A stretch of 64,000 nt of DNA from Patescibacteria group bacterium (GTDB taxonomy: Bacteria > Patescibacteriota > Patescibacteriia > UBA2591 > UBA4787), in assembly GCA_028715115.1 (NCBI GenBank), contig JAQUSN010000001.1:283150-347149 (forward strand), read 5' to 3'. Below are positions 20,051 to 30,541 of the stretch, in pieces. A model generated the notes under the pieces. That model worked only from the letters and a program-made list of their open reading frames with translations, did no database searches and had not been told where the DNA came from. The first letter of the stretch is position 1. Every line of letters starts with the position of its first letter. Both the position numbers and the translations under genes were made by a program.

Positions 20051-20191
20051 GAAGGGGAAATATTAATTAAACTCACGAATAGAACATTTTAACATAAATA
20101 AAATTTTTGACAATCAAAAATTGGACAATATTGACAAAACGAGCATAAAAGATACAATAAAAACGTCACTATAGAGTGGCAAGGAGACAAA

Positions 20192-20599
20192 ATGAAGATA
20201 GTTACAATCCACCGAGCAGCGAAGCTTAGAGCTTTTCTGGCTCATCATGCCGGGAAAGATGATCTCGGCAACAGGACGTATCGACTCGCTACCAGGAGAG
20301 ACATTCGAGCACACGCTCCTTTGTTCTGGGTTCCGATATATCGGGGTCTTCGCTTCAGCGGGGAAGCCCGTTTCGATGATCTCTACGGCGGTATGTATGA
20401 GATTATACTAGGTGACGATGCTTTCGTCGGCGAATATGTTCAGTTTTCGGTCGTCGATAGCGTCATTGACGGCGATCCGGCCTTGAGGCGGTCAGGTCTG
20501 ATAGAGGTAGACTTTGACTATATGACCGAAGAGGCCCACCCAGCGTCTGCAAATTCGCCGCACCTGACTGACCTGTTCCTGGTCGAGGACAAGTCGTAG
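20192..20599 (+). CDS. Hypothetical protein (GC-rich cassette ORF)
   Basis: 135-aa ORF. The promoter is TTGACA-16-TACAAT at 20132-20158, with an AAGGAG ribosome-binding site. Two further small GC-rich ORFs follow at 20609-20746 (45 aa, Lys/Arg-rich) and 20753-20809 (18 aa), each with its own ribosome-binding site. Confidence 0.4.
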   Translation: MKIVTIHRAAKLRAFLAHHAGKDDLGNRTYRLATRRDIRAHAPLFWVPIYRGLRFSGEARFDDLYGGMYEIILGDDAFVGEYVQFSVVDSVIDGDPALRRSGLIEVDFDYMTEEAHPASANSPHLTDLFLVEDKS

Positions 20600-20853
20600 G
20601 AGACAAAGTGCCCAAGACAAAGAAAGCGAAGAGATACAAACCTCGTCGATCAAGACCTCGAGGTATGAGCGTTATGGAGCGAAACGAGGTCAGGTGGCGG
20701 GAGGAGCACGTTTATCCCTATACCTTCCCAGTTCGCTAGAACAAGGAGGCAAAATGCGCATACGCGCTGGTCCCGTCGACTTTGGTCGGCGGGACTTGCT
20801 TTTAAAATAAAAAACGAGCGTAAAGCTCATTTTTGTTTTAACTTGATTTTTAA

Positions 20854-21534
20854 TTAAATTTTGCTCAAGCCGTTTTTAGCAGCATCAACTTCGGCTTCGA
20901 ACTTACTGGTACCCTGGCCCTTGGAAATCAATTTATCGCCGAGGAATAAGCCAACTGTGAATTTTTTTTCATGGGCTAAGCCGGTTTCTTTCAGAACTTT
21001 GTAAGAAGGAGTGATTTTTTGTTTAGCTTGAGAGATCTCCTGAAATTCGCTTTTCGGATCTTTGTATAATTTATTTTTAATGATTTTCGGCAATTTGATC
21101 AAAAGATTTTTACTGATGAATTCTTTGGCCCTTTTCGCTCCTTGGTCCAAATAAATTGCGCCGATTAAGGCTTCAAAAGCATCCGCCAAAATTACGTTAC
21201 GCGCTTTGCCGGTTGACTTGGCTTCGCCGCGGCTTAAAAATAAAAATTCATTTAAACCGAGCTCTTTAGCTAGAGCCGATAAACTATCTGTATTAACCAA
21301 ACTGGCGCGCCAGGAGGTTAATTCGCCTTCGGGGTTATCGAATTTATGGTAAAGATATTCAGTGACGATTAATTCTAAAACCGCGTCGCCTAAAAATTCC
21401 AATCGTTCATTGTGTTCTATCTTTTCTCGAGAGTGTTCGTTAACATAAGAGCGGTGGGTCAGGGCCTGTTTTAAAAATTTAATGTTTTTAAACTTTAATT
21501 TCAGCTGATTTTCCAGTGTATTCAAATTTGTCAT
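20854..21534 (-). CDS. rnc: Ribonuclease III
   Basis: ERLEFLGDAVLELIVTEYLY signature and a C-terminal dsRBD. Confidence 0.85.
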   Translation of the reverse strand: MTNLNTLENQLKLKFKNIKFLKQALTHRSYVNEHSREKIEHNERLEFLGDAVLELIVTEYLYHKFDNPEGELTSWRASLVNTDSLSALAKELGLNEFLFLSRGEAKSTGKARNVILADAFEALIGAIYLDQGAKRAKEFISKNLLIKLPKIIKNKLYKDPKSEFQEISQAKQKITPSYKVLKETGLAHEKKFTVGLFLGDKLISKGQGTSKFEAEVDAAKNGLSKI

Positions 21535-21538
21535 AAAA

Positions 21539-21991
21539 CTAAGCTTCTTTTTTAATTAGGCCATCCTTTAACATATCTTCGTAGAGAGCGCCTAAGACGC
21601 CATTAACGAATTTGCCACTCGAATTTCCACCGAAAACTTTAGCTACTTCAATGGCTTCGTTAATCGCCACTTTAGGCGGAGTTTCTTTCAAGAATAACAT
21701 TTCATATAAACCGATGCGTAAGACATTGCGGTCGATTAAAGTAATTTGATCAAGCGGCCATTGCGAGGCGTATTTTTTTAAGTAGCCATCAATAGTCGAT
21801 AAATTTTTTATAATTTCATCCACCAATAAATAAGCGAAATCATTTTTTTCGTTGGCATTTAAACCGGCCCCCTGGATATTTTGTTCGATAATTTCTTTTT
21901 TTTCCTGCTCTTTTATTTTCTCAAATCCAAGGAAGTCCAGCTCATAAAGCGTTTGCAGAGCAATGGTGCGACAAAGATGCCGATTGCCCAT
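21539..21991 (-). CDS. nusB: Transcription antitermination factor NusB
   Basis: N-terminal R-rich [10 protein letters not shown] motif and NusB size. Confidence 0.6.
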   Translation of the reverse strand: MGNRHLCRTIALQTLYELDFLGFEKIKEQEKKEIIEQNIQGAGLNANEKNDFAYLLVDEIIKNLSTIDGYLKKYASQWPLDQITLIDRNVLRIGLYEMLFLKETPPKVAINEAIEVAKVFGGNSSGKFVNGVLGALYEDMLKDGLIKKEA

Positions 21992-22155
21992 AGGAATAGA
22001 AGTTATCCCGACGCTGCAGTCAAAAATTAAGAGAAGGTCGGGATCCCGACTTTACGTCGGGAGAAAATATCAGCCCAAGGCCTGCCTACTGGATAGGTGG
22101 GCCGACCTCAGCCCAAGACTGATGAGCCTCGGGCTCACGCTCTCGGGCGGGGAAA

Positions 22156-22422
22156 TTATTTATGTTTGTGTTCGTGTTTTTCTTTTTCTTCTTTTTTATG
22201 CTTATCATTGTGCTCGTGTTCGTGTTGGTGAGCTTTATGTTTTTTATCGCGCAAGGTAATGACCTGGCGATTGGCATAATAACCGCAGAATGAACAGGCG
22301 TGGTGCGATTGAACTGCCTTTCCGCACTTCGGGCATTTATTCAATCTCATTTTTTTTATGCGCAAGCGATATTGTTTTACTCTTTTGCGACTTTTAGCTC
22401 GTTTTTGATTTGGCAAAGCCAT
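22156..22422 (-). CDS. rpmF: 50S ribosomal protein L32 with a His/Lys-rich C-terminal tail
   Basis: MALPNQKRAKSRKR...CPKCG...C.FCGYY zinc-ribbon L32 core (about 57 aa), plus a 30-aa tail HKAHQHEHEHNDKHKKEEKEKHEHKHK. Confidence 0.75.
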   Translation of the reverse strand: MALPNQKRAKSRKRVKQYRLRIKKMRLNKCPKCGKAVQSHHACSFCGYYANRQVITLRDKKHKAHQHEHEHNDKHKKEEKEKHEHKHK

Positions 22423-22553
22423 AGGTGATTCGTTAACATTTTAAAATTAATGGTTTTAGTATAGCCCTTTTTTTAAAAAAGGCAAGTACGCCATCTAATA
22501 AAATAGGGCTTATTTATTTGACTTTTTAATTGCAATGCATTATAATATAGTAT

Positions 22554-24554
22554 ATGAATTTAAGCGAATTGGCTAGAAAACTGAAAATTACCACCAAGGA
22601 GCTCAAGGAAAAATTACCGGAGCTCGGTTTTCACATTGGGCTGCGAGCCATTCAAATTCCGGATGGCCAAGCGGAAAAGGTTATTGCCAAATGGTACGAG
22701 TTAAAAGCTCAAGAAGAAATAGCTCAAAAGGGCGAACTTTTAAAACAGCGCGGCGAGGCACAGGAAGAAGAAAAAAAACCGGAACGTTCGGTTAGTTTAC
22801 AGAATGTTGTCACTGTTAATCGTTTAGCAGAAAAGCTAGGATTGCCGGTGGTAAAAATTATCAGCGAACTTTTAAAACAAGGAGTCGTGGCAACGATTAA
22901 TGATAATTTAGATTATGAAATCGCGGCGATTATTGCCGAAAGTTTGGGCTGGCGCGCGGAAAAAAGTGAAGAGCAAGAAACACAAAAAATTCGTTTAAAA
23001 GAAAAGCTAAAAAATCTATTAGCCGAAGAAGATAAAAATAATTTAACTATTCGACCGCCGGTTGTAGTGGTGATGGGACATATTGATCATGGTAAAACTA
23101 GTTTATTAGATTATATTCGTCAGACCAATGTAGTGGCCAAAGAAACCGGCGCTATTACTCAACATATCGGCGCCTATCAAGCCGAGATTAATGATAAAGA
23201 ATTCGGTAAACGCTTAATCACTTTCATTGATACGCCTGGCCATGAGGCTTTTAATGAGATGCGTTCTCATGGCGGCCAAACAGCCGACATCGCCATATTG
23301 GTTGTAGCAGCTGATGACAAAGTTCAACCGCAAACCATCGAATCGTTAAAAGTCATTCAAGAATCAAATTTACCATTTGTGGTAGCTATTAATAAAATTG
23401 ATAAATCCGAAGCCGACCTTGATCGCATTAAAAAAGGTTTGTCAGAAATAAATTTAGCCTCAGAAGATTGGGGCGGTAAAACTATTTGTGTACCGATTTC
23501 AGCTAAAACCGGCGAAGGTATTGATAATTTATTGAAAATGGTTTTGTTATTAGCTGATATGGAAAAAGAAAAATTAATGGTTAATGCCGACCGCGACGCT
23601 TTGGGGGTAGTCATTGAGAGTCATCTTGATCGCGGTCAAGGCCCTGTGTCTACAGTCTTAATTTATGCCGGCACTTTACATACCCGTGACATGATTATTA
23701 TCGGTCAAACTTCAGGGCGCATTCGTTGTTTAAGAAATTTTCGTCAACAATTAGTTGACCAAGCTGTGCCAGGCATGCCAGTTCAGGTTTTGGGTTTAAA
23801 GGAACTGCCCAGAGTGGGTGATATTTTAGAAGTTGTCAGCGACCAAAAAGAATTTAAGCGTCGCAGTAAAAGTCTGGACTCGTCTTTCAGGGGCAACCAA
23901 AGCTTAACGACTATTAAAGAAAAAAATAAAGAGGCTGTTGATTTAAATGTTGTCTTAAAAGCCGACGTGCTTGGTTCTTTAGAGGCCATTGTGACTGCTT
24001 TGGATAAATTAAATAAAAATCCGGAAGTTAAAATAAAAATAATAAAAAAAGGGTTAGGAAATATTACTGACACTGATTTTACTATGGCTCGTTCGTCTTC
24101 GGCTTGGCTGATCGGTTTTAATGTCGACATTAATTCCGCGGCTAAAAGTTTAGCCGAAGAGACTTGTTATCCTTACGACACTTATAAAATAATTTATGAA
24201 TTAATCGAAGAAGCGCAACGCCGCATGAATGCGTTGTTTAAGCCAGAAATTGTCGAGCACGCGTTAGGCAAGGCTAAAGTTTTAGCTTTATTTAGAAAAA
24301 GCGGCAATCAAAATGTAGTTGGTGTCCGAGTCAATGAAGGCAAGGCGGTTAAGGGATCTAAGGTTAGGGTTTGGCGCCAGGATAAATTAGTGGGTGAGGG
24401 CATTTTAGCCCAATTACAGATCAATAAAGAAGAAGCCCAAGAAGCCAAGACCGGAGCAGAGTGCGGCCTAAGAGTTGATGGACACGTTAGCATAGAGATT
24501 GATGATATATTAGAATTTTATTCAGAAGAAAAGAAAGAGCGCAAAATCTTTTAA
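22554..24554 (+). CDS. infB: Translation initiation factor IF-2
   Basis: G domain VVVMGHIDHGKTSLLD, DTPGHEAF and NKID. Confidence 0.85.
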   Translation: MNLSELARKLKITTKELKEKLPELGFHIGLRAIQIPDGQAEKVIAKWYELKAQEEIAQKGELLKQRGEAQEEEKKPERSVSLQNVVTVNRLAEKLGLPVVKIISELLKQGVVATINDNLDYEIAAIIAESLGWRAEKSEEQETQKIRLKEKLKNLLAEEDKNNLTIRPPVVVVMGHIDHGKTSLLDYIRQTNVVAKETGAITQHIGAYQAEINDKEFGKRLITFIDTPGHEAFNEMRSHGGQTADIAILVVAADDKVQPQTIESLKVIQESNLPFVVAINKIDKSEADLDRIKKGLSEINLASEDWGGKTICVPISAKTGEGIDNLLKMVLLLADMEKEKLMVNADRDALGVVIESHLDRGQGPVSTVLIYAGTLHTRDMIIIGQTSGRIRCLRNFRQQLVDQAVPGMPVQVLGLKELPRVGDILEVVSDQKEFKRRSKSLDSSFRGNQSLTTIKEKNKEAVDLNVVLKADVLGSLEAIVTALDKLNKNPEVKIKIIKKGLGNITDTDFTMARSSSAWLIGFNVDINSAAKSLAEETCYPYDTYKIIYELIEEAQRRMNALFKPEIVEHALGKAKVLALFRKSGNQNVVGVRVNEGKAVKGSKVRVWRQDKLVGEGILAQLQINKEEAQEAKTGAECGLRVDGHVSIEIDDILEFYSEEKKERKIF

Positions 24555-24562
24555 GTTAATTT

Positions 24563-25432
24563 ATGAAAAATAAAAATAAAATATTGATTCCCGTGGGAAT
24601 CATTATCTTTGCCATTTGTTTAATTTCTGCTGCAGAAAATTTTTTTATTTTTCCAAAAAAAGAGCTAAACGATAACACGCCGAGTATTTTTAAGACTCTT
24701 CCGTCTAGCTTGCCGGTAGGCGAGCCAACCAAACAAGAAAATAACGAGTTCGTAAACTTACCAACTAATAACGTTGTCACTTCGCCCTCGGCCAATGTAA
24801 TGCCCAGTAAATCCAAAGACGTGATTACTAGTTATATAATAGAAGTGCCTTTTACTTCGCAAGCTCCCTTTAAGGTCTGGGATGCTGTTCATAATGACGC
24901 TTGCGAAGAAGCGTCTCTAGTAATGGCTAGGCATTGGAGCGATGGGCATTTATTAAACGCTGCAATTGCCGATAAAGAAATTCTAGATTCGATAAATTGG
25001 GAAGATCAAAATTGGGGTCAGCAGTATGAGTTAAACGCAGAAAAAATTGTCGAGCTTGGCCAGAGATTTTTTAATTTAAACAATTTGACTATTTCCCCAA
25101 ATCCCACCGTTGATGACATAAAAAATAAATTAAAAGAGGGTAATTTAATTTTGGTGCCGATAGCCGGAAGAGAATTAAACAATCCTTATTATCGTAGCCC
25201 AGGGCCTATTTATCATGTTTTGGTTATTAAAGGATATGATAGCGCAGGATTTATTACCAATGATCCGGGCACGCGTAATGGCGAAAGCTATCATTACAGT
25301 TATCAAACATTATTGAATGCCATTCATGATTGGCCGTATCCTAGTCCTGATTTCGGCATAAATGTGGATAAAAATGAGCAAGCAAGGGCAATATTATCTG
25401 GTTCGAAAGTAATAATCGTGGTTGGCAGGTAA
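24563..25432 (+). CDS. Secreted peptidase C39-like domain protein
   Basis: N-terminal signal/anchor. NDACEEASLVMARHW (Cys) and HYVLVIKGYD (His) resemble a C39-like papain-fold dyad. Confidence 0.35.
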   Translation: MKNKNKILIPVGIIIFAICLISAAENFFIFPKKELNDNTPSIFKTLPSSLPVGEPTKQENNEFVNLPTNNVVTSPSANVMPSKSKDVITSYIIEVPFTSQAPFKVWDAVHNDACEEASLVMARHWSDGHLLNAAIADKEILDSINWEDQNWGQQYELNAEKIVELGQRFFNLNNLTISPNPTVDDIKNKLKEGNLILVPIAGRELNNPYYRSPGPIYHVLVIKGYDSAGFITNDPGTRNGESYHYSYQTLLNAIHDWPYPSPDFGINVDKNEQARAILSGSKVIIVVGR

Positions 25433-25615
25433 AATGTATTGTTTTTTGTTTTTATTTTAGTATAATATATAGATAATAACTCATAAATTTTAACCATAGC
25501 CAAGGTTACTTCTTTCCGCTCCGCTGGCTGGCGGATAGTGGATTCGGAGGACTAAAATTTGTAACGAAATTTACTTCGTTACAAAATATAACTCGTAAAT
25601 TTCGACAAATTTGGT

Positions 25616-26230
25616 ATGTATATATATTGGTACGGACAGTCGTCTTTCAAAATCCAAGATAAAGAAGTAACGGTTTTGCTGGATCCGTATAGCTCTCGGC
25701 AGGCTGGCCTTCGTGGTCCTAATTTTAAGGCCGACATTACCATTTTGGACAGCGAAGAATTATCAAAACAAGCGCAAAAAGATATTAAAGAAGGTTTTTT
25801 AATTGATTCGCCCGGCGAATATGAAGTTAAGGGCGTTTTTGTTTTAGGAGTAAAAACAGGCAGCAATAAAATAATTTATCAAATAGAAGTTGATGGAGTC
25901 AAAATCGGTTATTTGGGGGAAATAAACAAAACCTTAAACGACACTGAACTCGACAAAGTCGACAATATCGATGTCTTAATTATTCCGGTTGGCGATAAAA
26001 AAAATACACTGGGTTCAAAAGAAGCGGCAGAAATTATCCGTGAAATAGAGCCGAAAATAGTTATTCCTTCCTGTTATCAAATCTCCGGACTAAAAAATGA
26101 ACTCGAATCGCTCGACAAATTTTTGAAAGAAATTGGCGTGAAGAAATATGATATTGACGACAAGGTCCGTATTGTCAAAAAAGAATTGCCAGAAAACGGT
26201 ATGCAGGTTATGGTTTTAAAAAATTCGTAA
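25616..26230 (+). CDS. Hypothetical protein with a metallo-beta-lactamase-like fold (no His motif)
   Basis: Resembles the N-terminus of UPF0173 (WYGQSSFKIQ...VLLDPY) but lacks HxHxDH. Confidence 0.25.
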   Translation: MYIYWYGQSSFKIQDKEVTVLLDPYSSRQAGLRGPNFKADITILDSEELSKQAQKDIKEGFLIDSPGEYEVKGVFVLGVKTGSNKIIYQIEVDGVKIGYLGEINKTLNDTELDKVDNIDVLIIPVGDKKNTLGSKEAAEIIREIEPKIVIPSCYQISGLKNELESLDKFLKEIGVKKYDIDDKVRIVKKELPENGMQVMVLKNS

Positions 26231-26233
26231 ATT

Positions 26234-26530
26234 ATGTCCAAGGGATTTTTAATTGTTTTAATAATCATCCTTTGTCTAGTGGTAATGTTTTTCTGGTTTA
26301 ATAGTTTTAATACTAATTTTAAGGCTGACAGCTTGAGTAAAATTATGCGCAAGGGCTGGCAAGACGCTTCGCAAATTTATCAAGGTTTTAAAATCCAAAC
26401 CAGTCCTGTCGGCAGGTTTATTAATTCTTCGGCGGCTAACGAAAGTACAACAGACCAGACGCTAACGCCGATTAATCAATCAATAGAAACAAATCAAACC
26501 AATGACACCCAAGAAAAAACCAATAATTAA
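26234..26530 (+). CDS. Small membrane-anchored hypothetical protein
   Basis: N-terminal transmembrane helix followed by a polar Thr/Asn/Gln-rich tail. Confidence 0.3.
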   Translation: MSKGFLIVLIIILCLVVMFFWFNSFNTNFKADSLSKIMRKGWQDASQIYQGFKIQTSPVGRFINSSAANESTTDQTLTPINQSIETNQTNDTQEKTNN

Positions 26531-29000
26531 AATTAACGAAGAACCGACAGTCGGTCGGGTCATTTCGCGTCCAATTGACGAAGAAGTTAAGAGTTCTTAT
26601 CTGGATTATGCTATGTCGGTTATTGTTTCGCGCGCTTTGCCTGACGTTCGCGACGGCCTGAAGCCAGTTCATCGCCGAATTTTATATACGATGTGGAAAA
26701 TGGGACTTAAATCAAACGTCAAATACAGAAAATCCGCGACGGTTATTGGTGAGGTTTTGGGTAAATATCATCCCCACGGCGACGTGGCGGTTTATGATGC
26801 CTTGGTGCGTATGGCCCAAGATTTTTCCTTACGCTATCCATTGGTAGATGGTCAAGGCAATTTCGGCAGTATTGATGGCGACGCGGCCGCGGCTTATCGT
26901 TATACTGAAGCCAAGCTAGCGGCTATTGCTGAAGAAATGCTGATTGATATTGAAAAAGAAGTGGTGCAATTCGTGCCTAATTATGATGGTACCTTGAGCG
27001 AGCCCTTAGTTTTACCTTCAAAGCTACCCAATCTTTTATTAAACGGCGCCCTGGGCATTGCCGTGGGTATGGCCACTAATATTCCGCCACATAATTTAAA
27101 AGATTTATCACAAGCGATTGTCCATTTAATTGATCATCCTGATTCAGACGTAGATGATCTAACCGAAATTTTAAAGGGACCGGATTTTCCAACTGGCGCC
27201 CTTATTTTTAATCCCAATCAAATTAAAGAAGCTTATACTTTGGGCAAGGGCCCAATAGTGATGCGAGCCAAAGCTGAAATCGTGGAAGCTTCGGCTGGTA
27301 ATTTCCAAATCGTCGTGACAGAAATTCCTTTCCAGGTGAACAAGTCAACTTTAATCGAGCGCATTGCCGATTTAGTTAAAGATAAAAAAATAGAAGATAT
27401 CCGCGACCTTAGAGATGAATCGGACAGAGAAGGCATCCGCATAGTTATCGAATTAAAAAGACATACTTATCCGCAAAAAGTTTTAAATCAGTTATTTAAA
27501 TTGACCGATTTGCAAACCACTTTTCATGTTAATATGGTGGCCCTGCTTGATGGTATTCAGCCGCGGCTATTGGATTTAAAATCAATTTTAGAAGAGTTTG
27601 TTAAGCATCGCCAAGTTGTTATCAAAAGACGCACTGAATATGATTTGGCCCGCACCAGAGAAAGAATTCACATTTTAAAAGGGCTAAAAATTGCCGTTGA
27701 CCACATTGAAGAAATAATTCGTTTAATTAAAAAAGCTAAAGATCGCGACGACGCCAATGCTAGTCTGAGAAAAAAATATAATTTATCCGAGATACAAGCT
27801 AACGCGATTTTGGACATGCGTTTGCATCAATTGGCCAATTTGGAGCGGATGAAAATAGAAAACGAATTAAAAGAAAAATTAAAAATAGAAAAAGAATTAA
27901 TGAGCATCTTAGAGCAACCAAAGAAAATTTTACAAATGATTAAAGCAGATTTGCAATCTTTGATTGATACTTACGGTGAACCCAGGCGAACGCAAATCGT
28001 TACTCAATCAATCGATGATTTCAAGCAGGAAGACTTAATTCCCAATGATCCGACTTTAATTTTAACCACCCAAGACGGCTATATTAAAAGATTGGCGCCT
28101 TCATCGTTTAAAACTCAAATTCGAGGCGGTAAAGGCGTGGTAGGCGTAGAAGCCAAAGAAGAGGATGCGGTCGAGCACTTGATCTCTGCCACGACCCATA
28201 CTGATTTATTATTTTTTACCACGACTGGTCGAGTATTTCAAATTAAAGCCTATGATGTGCCTGAATCAGCTAGAGCGGCCAAGGGTCGCGCACTGGTCAA
28301 TTTTTTAGAGCTGAGCGACCAAGAAAATGTTTCAGCTATTTTGCCGCTTGGTAAAGAGAGTGGCGCTAAGTTTTTAACCATGGTTACAGCCAATGGTATA
28401 ATCAAAAAGACTGAAATATCAGAATTTGAAAATGTTCGCCGTTCCGGATTAATCGCCATTAAATTAAAAGATAACGATGCTCTAAAATGGGTTAAATTAA
28501 CCTCTGGTCAAGATGAAATAATTTTGGTTACAGCTCACGGCCAAGCTATTAGATTTTCGGAAAAGAATCTGCGGTCCATGGGCAGGTCAGCGGCTGGTGT
28601 GCGCGGCCTAAGACTGTCGAAGGGTGACTTTGTGGTAGGCATGGATGTCTTAGAAGCGTCGAAGATAAAAACCGGCCAAGTAAAATTATTAGTTGTAATG
28701 GAAAACGGTTTTGGCAAAATGAGCGAAGTTAAAGATTATCGTTTACAACAGCGTGGTGGTGGCGGCATTAAGACTGCGAAAATAACCGACCGTACTGGCG
28801 GGTTGGTGGCCGCTTTAGTGATCGACGAAAAGGGTTTACCTGAACATGCCACCGGCGATTTATTGGTAGTTTCCAAGACAGGGCAAATTATTCGTTTGCC
28901 GTTAAAAACTATCAAAACTGCCAGCCGAGCCACGCAAGGAGTTAAATTAATGCGCTTTAAAGATGAAAAAGATAAAGTTGCTTCCGTTACTTTAATTTAA
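26502..29000 (+). CDS. gyrA: DNA gyrase subunit A
   Basis: DGLKPVHRRILY, the catalytic Tyr region AAAYRYTE, and a C-terminal beta-pinwheel. Confidence 0.9.
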   Translation: MTPKKKPIIKINEEPTVGRVISRPIDEEVKSSYLDYAMSVIVSRALPDVRDGLKPVHRRILYTMWKMGLKSNVKYRKSATVIGEVLGKYHPHGDVAVYDALVRMAQDFSLRYPLVDGQGNFGSIDGDAAAAYRYTEAKLAAIAEEMLIDIEKEVVQFVPNYDGTLSEPLVLPSKLPNLLLNGALGIAVGMATNIPPHNLKDLSQAIVHLIDHPDSDVDDLTEILKGPDFPTGALIFNPNQIKEAYTLGKGPIVMRAKAEIVEASAGNFQIVVTEIPFQVNKSTLIERIADLVKDKKIEDIRDLRDESDREGIRIVIELKRHTYPQKVLNQLFKLTDLQTTFHVNMVALLDGIQPRLLDLKSILEEFVKHRQVVIKRRTEYDLARTRERIHILKGLKIAVDHIEEIIRLIKKAKDRDDANASLRKKYNLSEIQANAILDMRLHQLANLERMKIENELKEKLKIEKELMSILEQPKKILQMIKADLQSLIDTYGEPRRTQIVTQSIDDFKQEDLIPNDPTLILTTQDGYIKRLAPSSFKTQIRGGKGVVGVEAKEEDAVEHLISATTHTDLLFFTTTGRVFQIKAYDVPESARAAKGRALVNFLELSDQENVSAILPLGKESGAKFLTMVTANGIIKKTEISEFENVRRSGLIAIKLKDNDALKWVKLTSGQDEIILVTAHGQAIRFSEKNLRSMGRSAAGVRGLRLSKGDFVVGMDVLEASKIKTGQVKLLVVMENGFGKMSEVKDYRLQQRGGGGIKTAKITDRTGGLVAALVIDEKGLPEHATGDLLVVSKTGQIIRLPLKTIKTASRATQGVKLMRFKDEKDKVASVTLI

Positions 29001-29088
29001 TTGCCACTACGAAATTATAAATTTTAATTAACTTTAGCCTAACAAGCTTAATTAGCTTAAAGGGCTTAATGAGCTTATTTTCTAATTT

Positions 29089-30456
29089 ATGATGAAACGC
29101 AATTTTTCTAAAATTATCATTTTGGTCTTGTTTTTGTCTTTCATCACTTTAACCGGTTTGCGTTGTACGATTTTTTCGCAAAAAGCTGCAGAACGCATTA
29201 AGCCAATTGTTTTAAATTGGTGGCGCGTGGCTGATTCAGCTGATACGACTACCGAATTAATCAGTGCCTTTAATGCGCAATATTCTCACGTTAAAATTAA
29301 TTATCAGCAATTCCGCCCTGAAGAATATGAGCAAGCATTGCTTGAGGCTTGGGCAGAGGATAGGGGACCGGATATTTTTTCCATTCCCAACACCTTACTC
29401 GGCAAATACGAAACAAAAATTTTACCCATGCCGCCTAAAATTACTATCGGTAAGCAGGTTTTAACCGGCACTATTAAGAAAGACTATAAGATAGTTGTAG
29501 AGACTAAACAAGCGCCGACCTTAAGAGATTTAAAAAATAATTTTGTCGGGACTGTAGTTGAGGACACTTACAAAGATGATAAAATTTGGGGTTTGCCCAT
29601 GGCACTTGATACTTTAGCCTTATATTATAATCGCGATTTATTAAACCAGGCGAGATTAGTTGAAGCGCCCAAGACCTGGGAAGATTTAGTTTCGGACATG
29701 AAGCTTCTGACTATTCTTGATTCAAAAGGGAAGATCGTGCAGTCAGGCGCCGCTTTGGGCACGGCCAATAATGTTGATCATGCGGTTGGGATTTTATCGG
29801 CCTTGATGTTACAGAACGGAACGATGATGACTCGAGATAATAAGGTTAGTTTTAATTTACCTTCTAACGATGATCCGACTTATTTTCCGGGCGAAGAGGC
29901 GATCAGGTTTTATACAGACTTTTCTAACCCCGGTAAAGAAGTTTATGCTTGGAACAAAGATATGCCGTCGTCTCTTGATGCCTTTTTGCAGGGCAAGGCA
30001 GCGTTTTATTTCGGCTACGCCTCTGATTTATTAAAAATTAGAAGCATGGCGCCGACGCTTAATTTTGACGTTAGTAAAATGCCGCAAATTGGTGGTTCGT
30101 TAAAAGAAGCGAATTACGCCAATTATTATATTGAAACGGTTTCCAAAAAAACTAAATATATGAATGAAGCTTGGGCGTTTGTGATGTTTGCCACTGACGC
30201 AAAAAATGTAAAAAGTTATTTAGACCGCGCCAAACGCTTAACCGCCCAACGGTCGCTTATCAAAGGACAGTTAGCAGATTTTGATCTCGGCGCTTTTGCT
30301 AATACAGTATTAACCGCGGAGTCGTGGTATCATGGAGAAAATTGGCCGGCTGCAGAAAAGGCGATAAAAGACATGATTAACGATGTAGCCAACAACAACC
30401 GTACTATCAAAGAAGCGATTGCTTATTATATGCAAATCATCAATCAAACCTACTAA
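29089..30456 (+). CDS. Extracellular solute-binding protein (ABC transporter family 1)
   Basis: Signal/anchor peptide. Size and composition match sugar-type solute-binding proteins. Confidence 0.45.
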   Translation: MMKRNFSKIIILVLFLSFITLTGLRCTIFSQKAAERIKPIVLNWWRVADSADTTTELISAFNAQYSHVKINYQQFRPEEYEQALLEAWAEDRGPDIFSIPNTLLGKYETKILPMPPKITIGKQVLTGTIKKDYKIVVETKQAPTLRDLKNNFVGTVVEDTYKDDKIWGLPMALDTLALYYNRDLLNQARLVEAPKTWEDLVSDMKLLTILDSKGKIVQSGAALGTANNVDHAVGILSALMLQNGTMMTRDNKVSFNLPSNDDPTYFPGEEAIRFYTDFSNPGKEVYAWNKDMPSSLDAFLQGKAAFYFGYASDLLKIRSMAPTLNFDVSKMPQIGGSLKEANYANYYIETVSKKTKYMNEAWAFVMFATDAKNVKSYLDRAKRLTAQRSLIKGQLADFDLGAFANTVLTAESWYHGENWPAAEKAIKDMINDVANNNRTIKEAIAYYMQIINQTY

Positions 30457-30541
30457 AAAGACATTGTTACGAAAATACAATTTTTTACCCTAGCCCGTCC
30501 CATTTACGAGATAAACGGGTCTAGGACGAATATACAAATTT

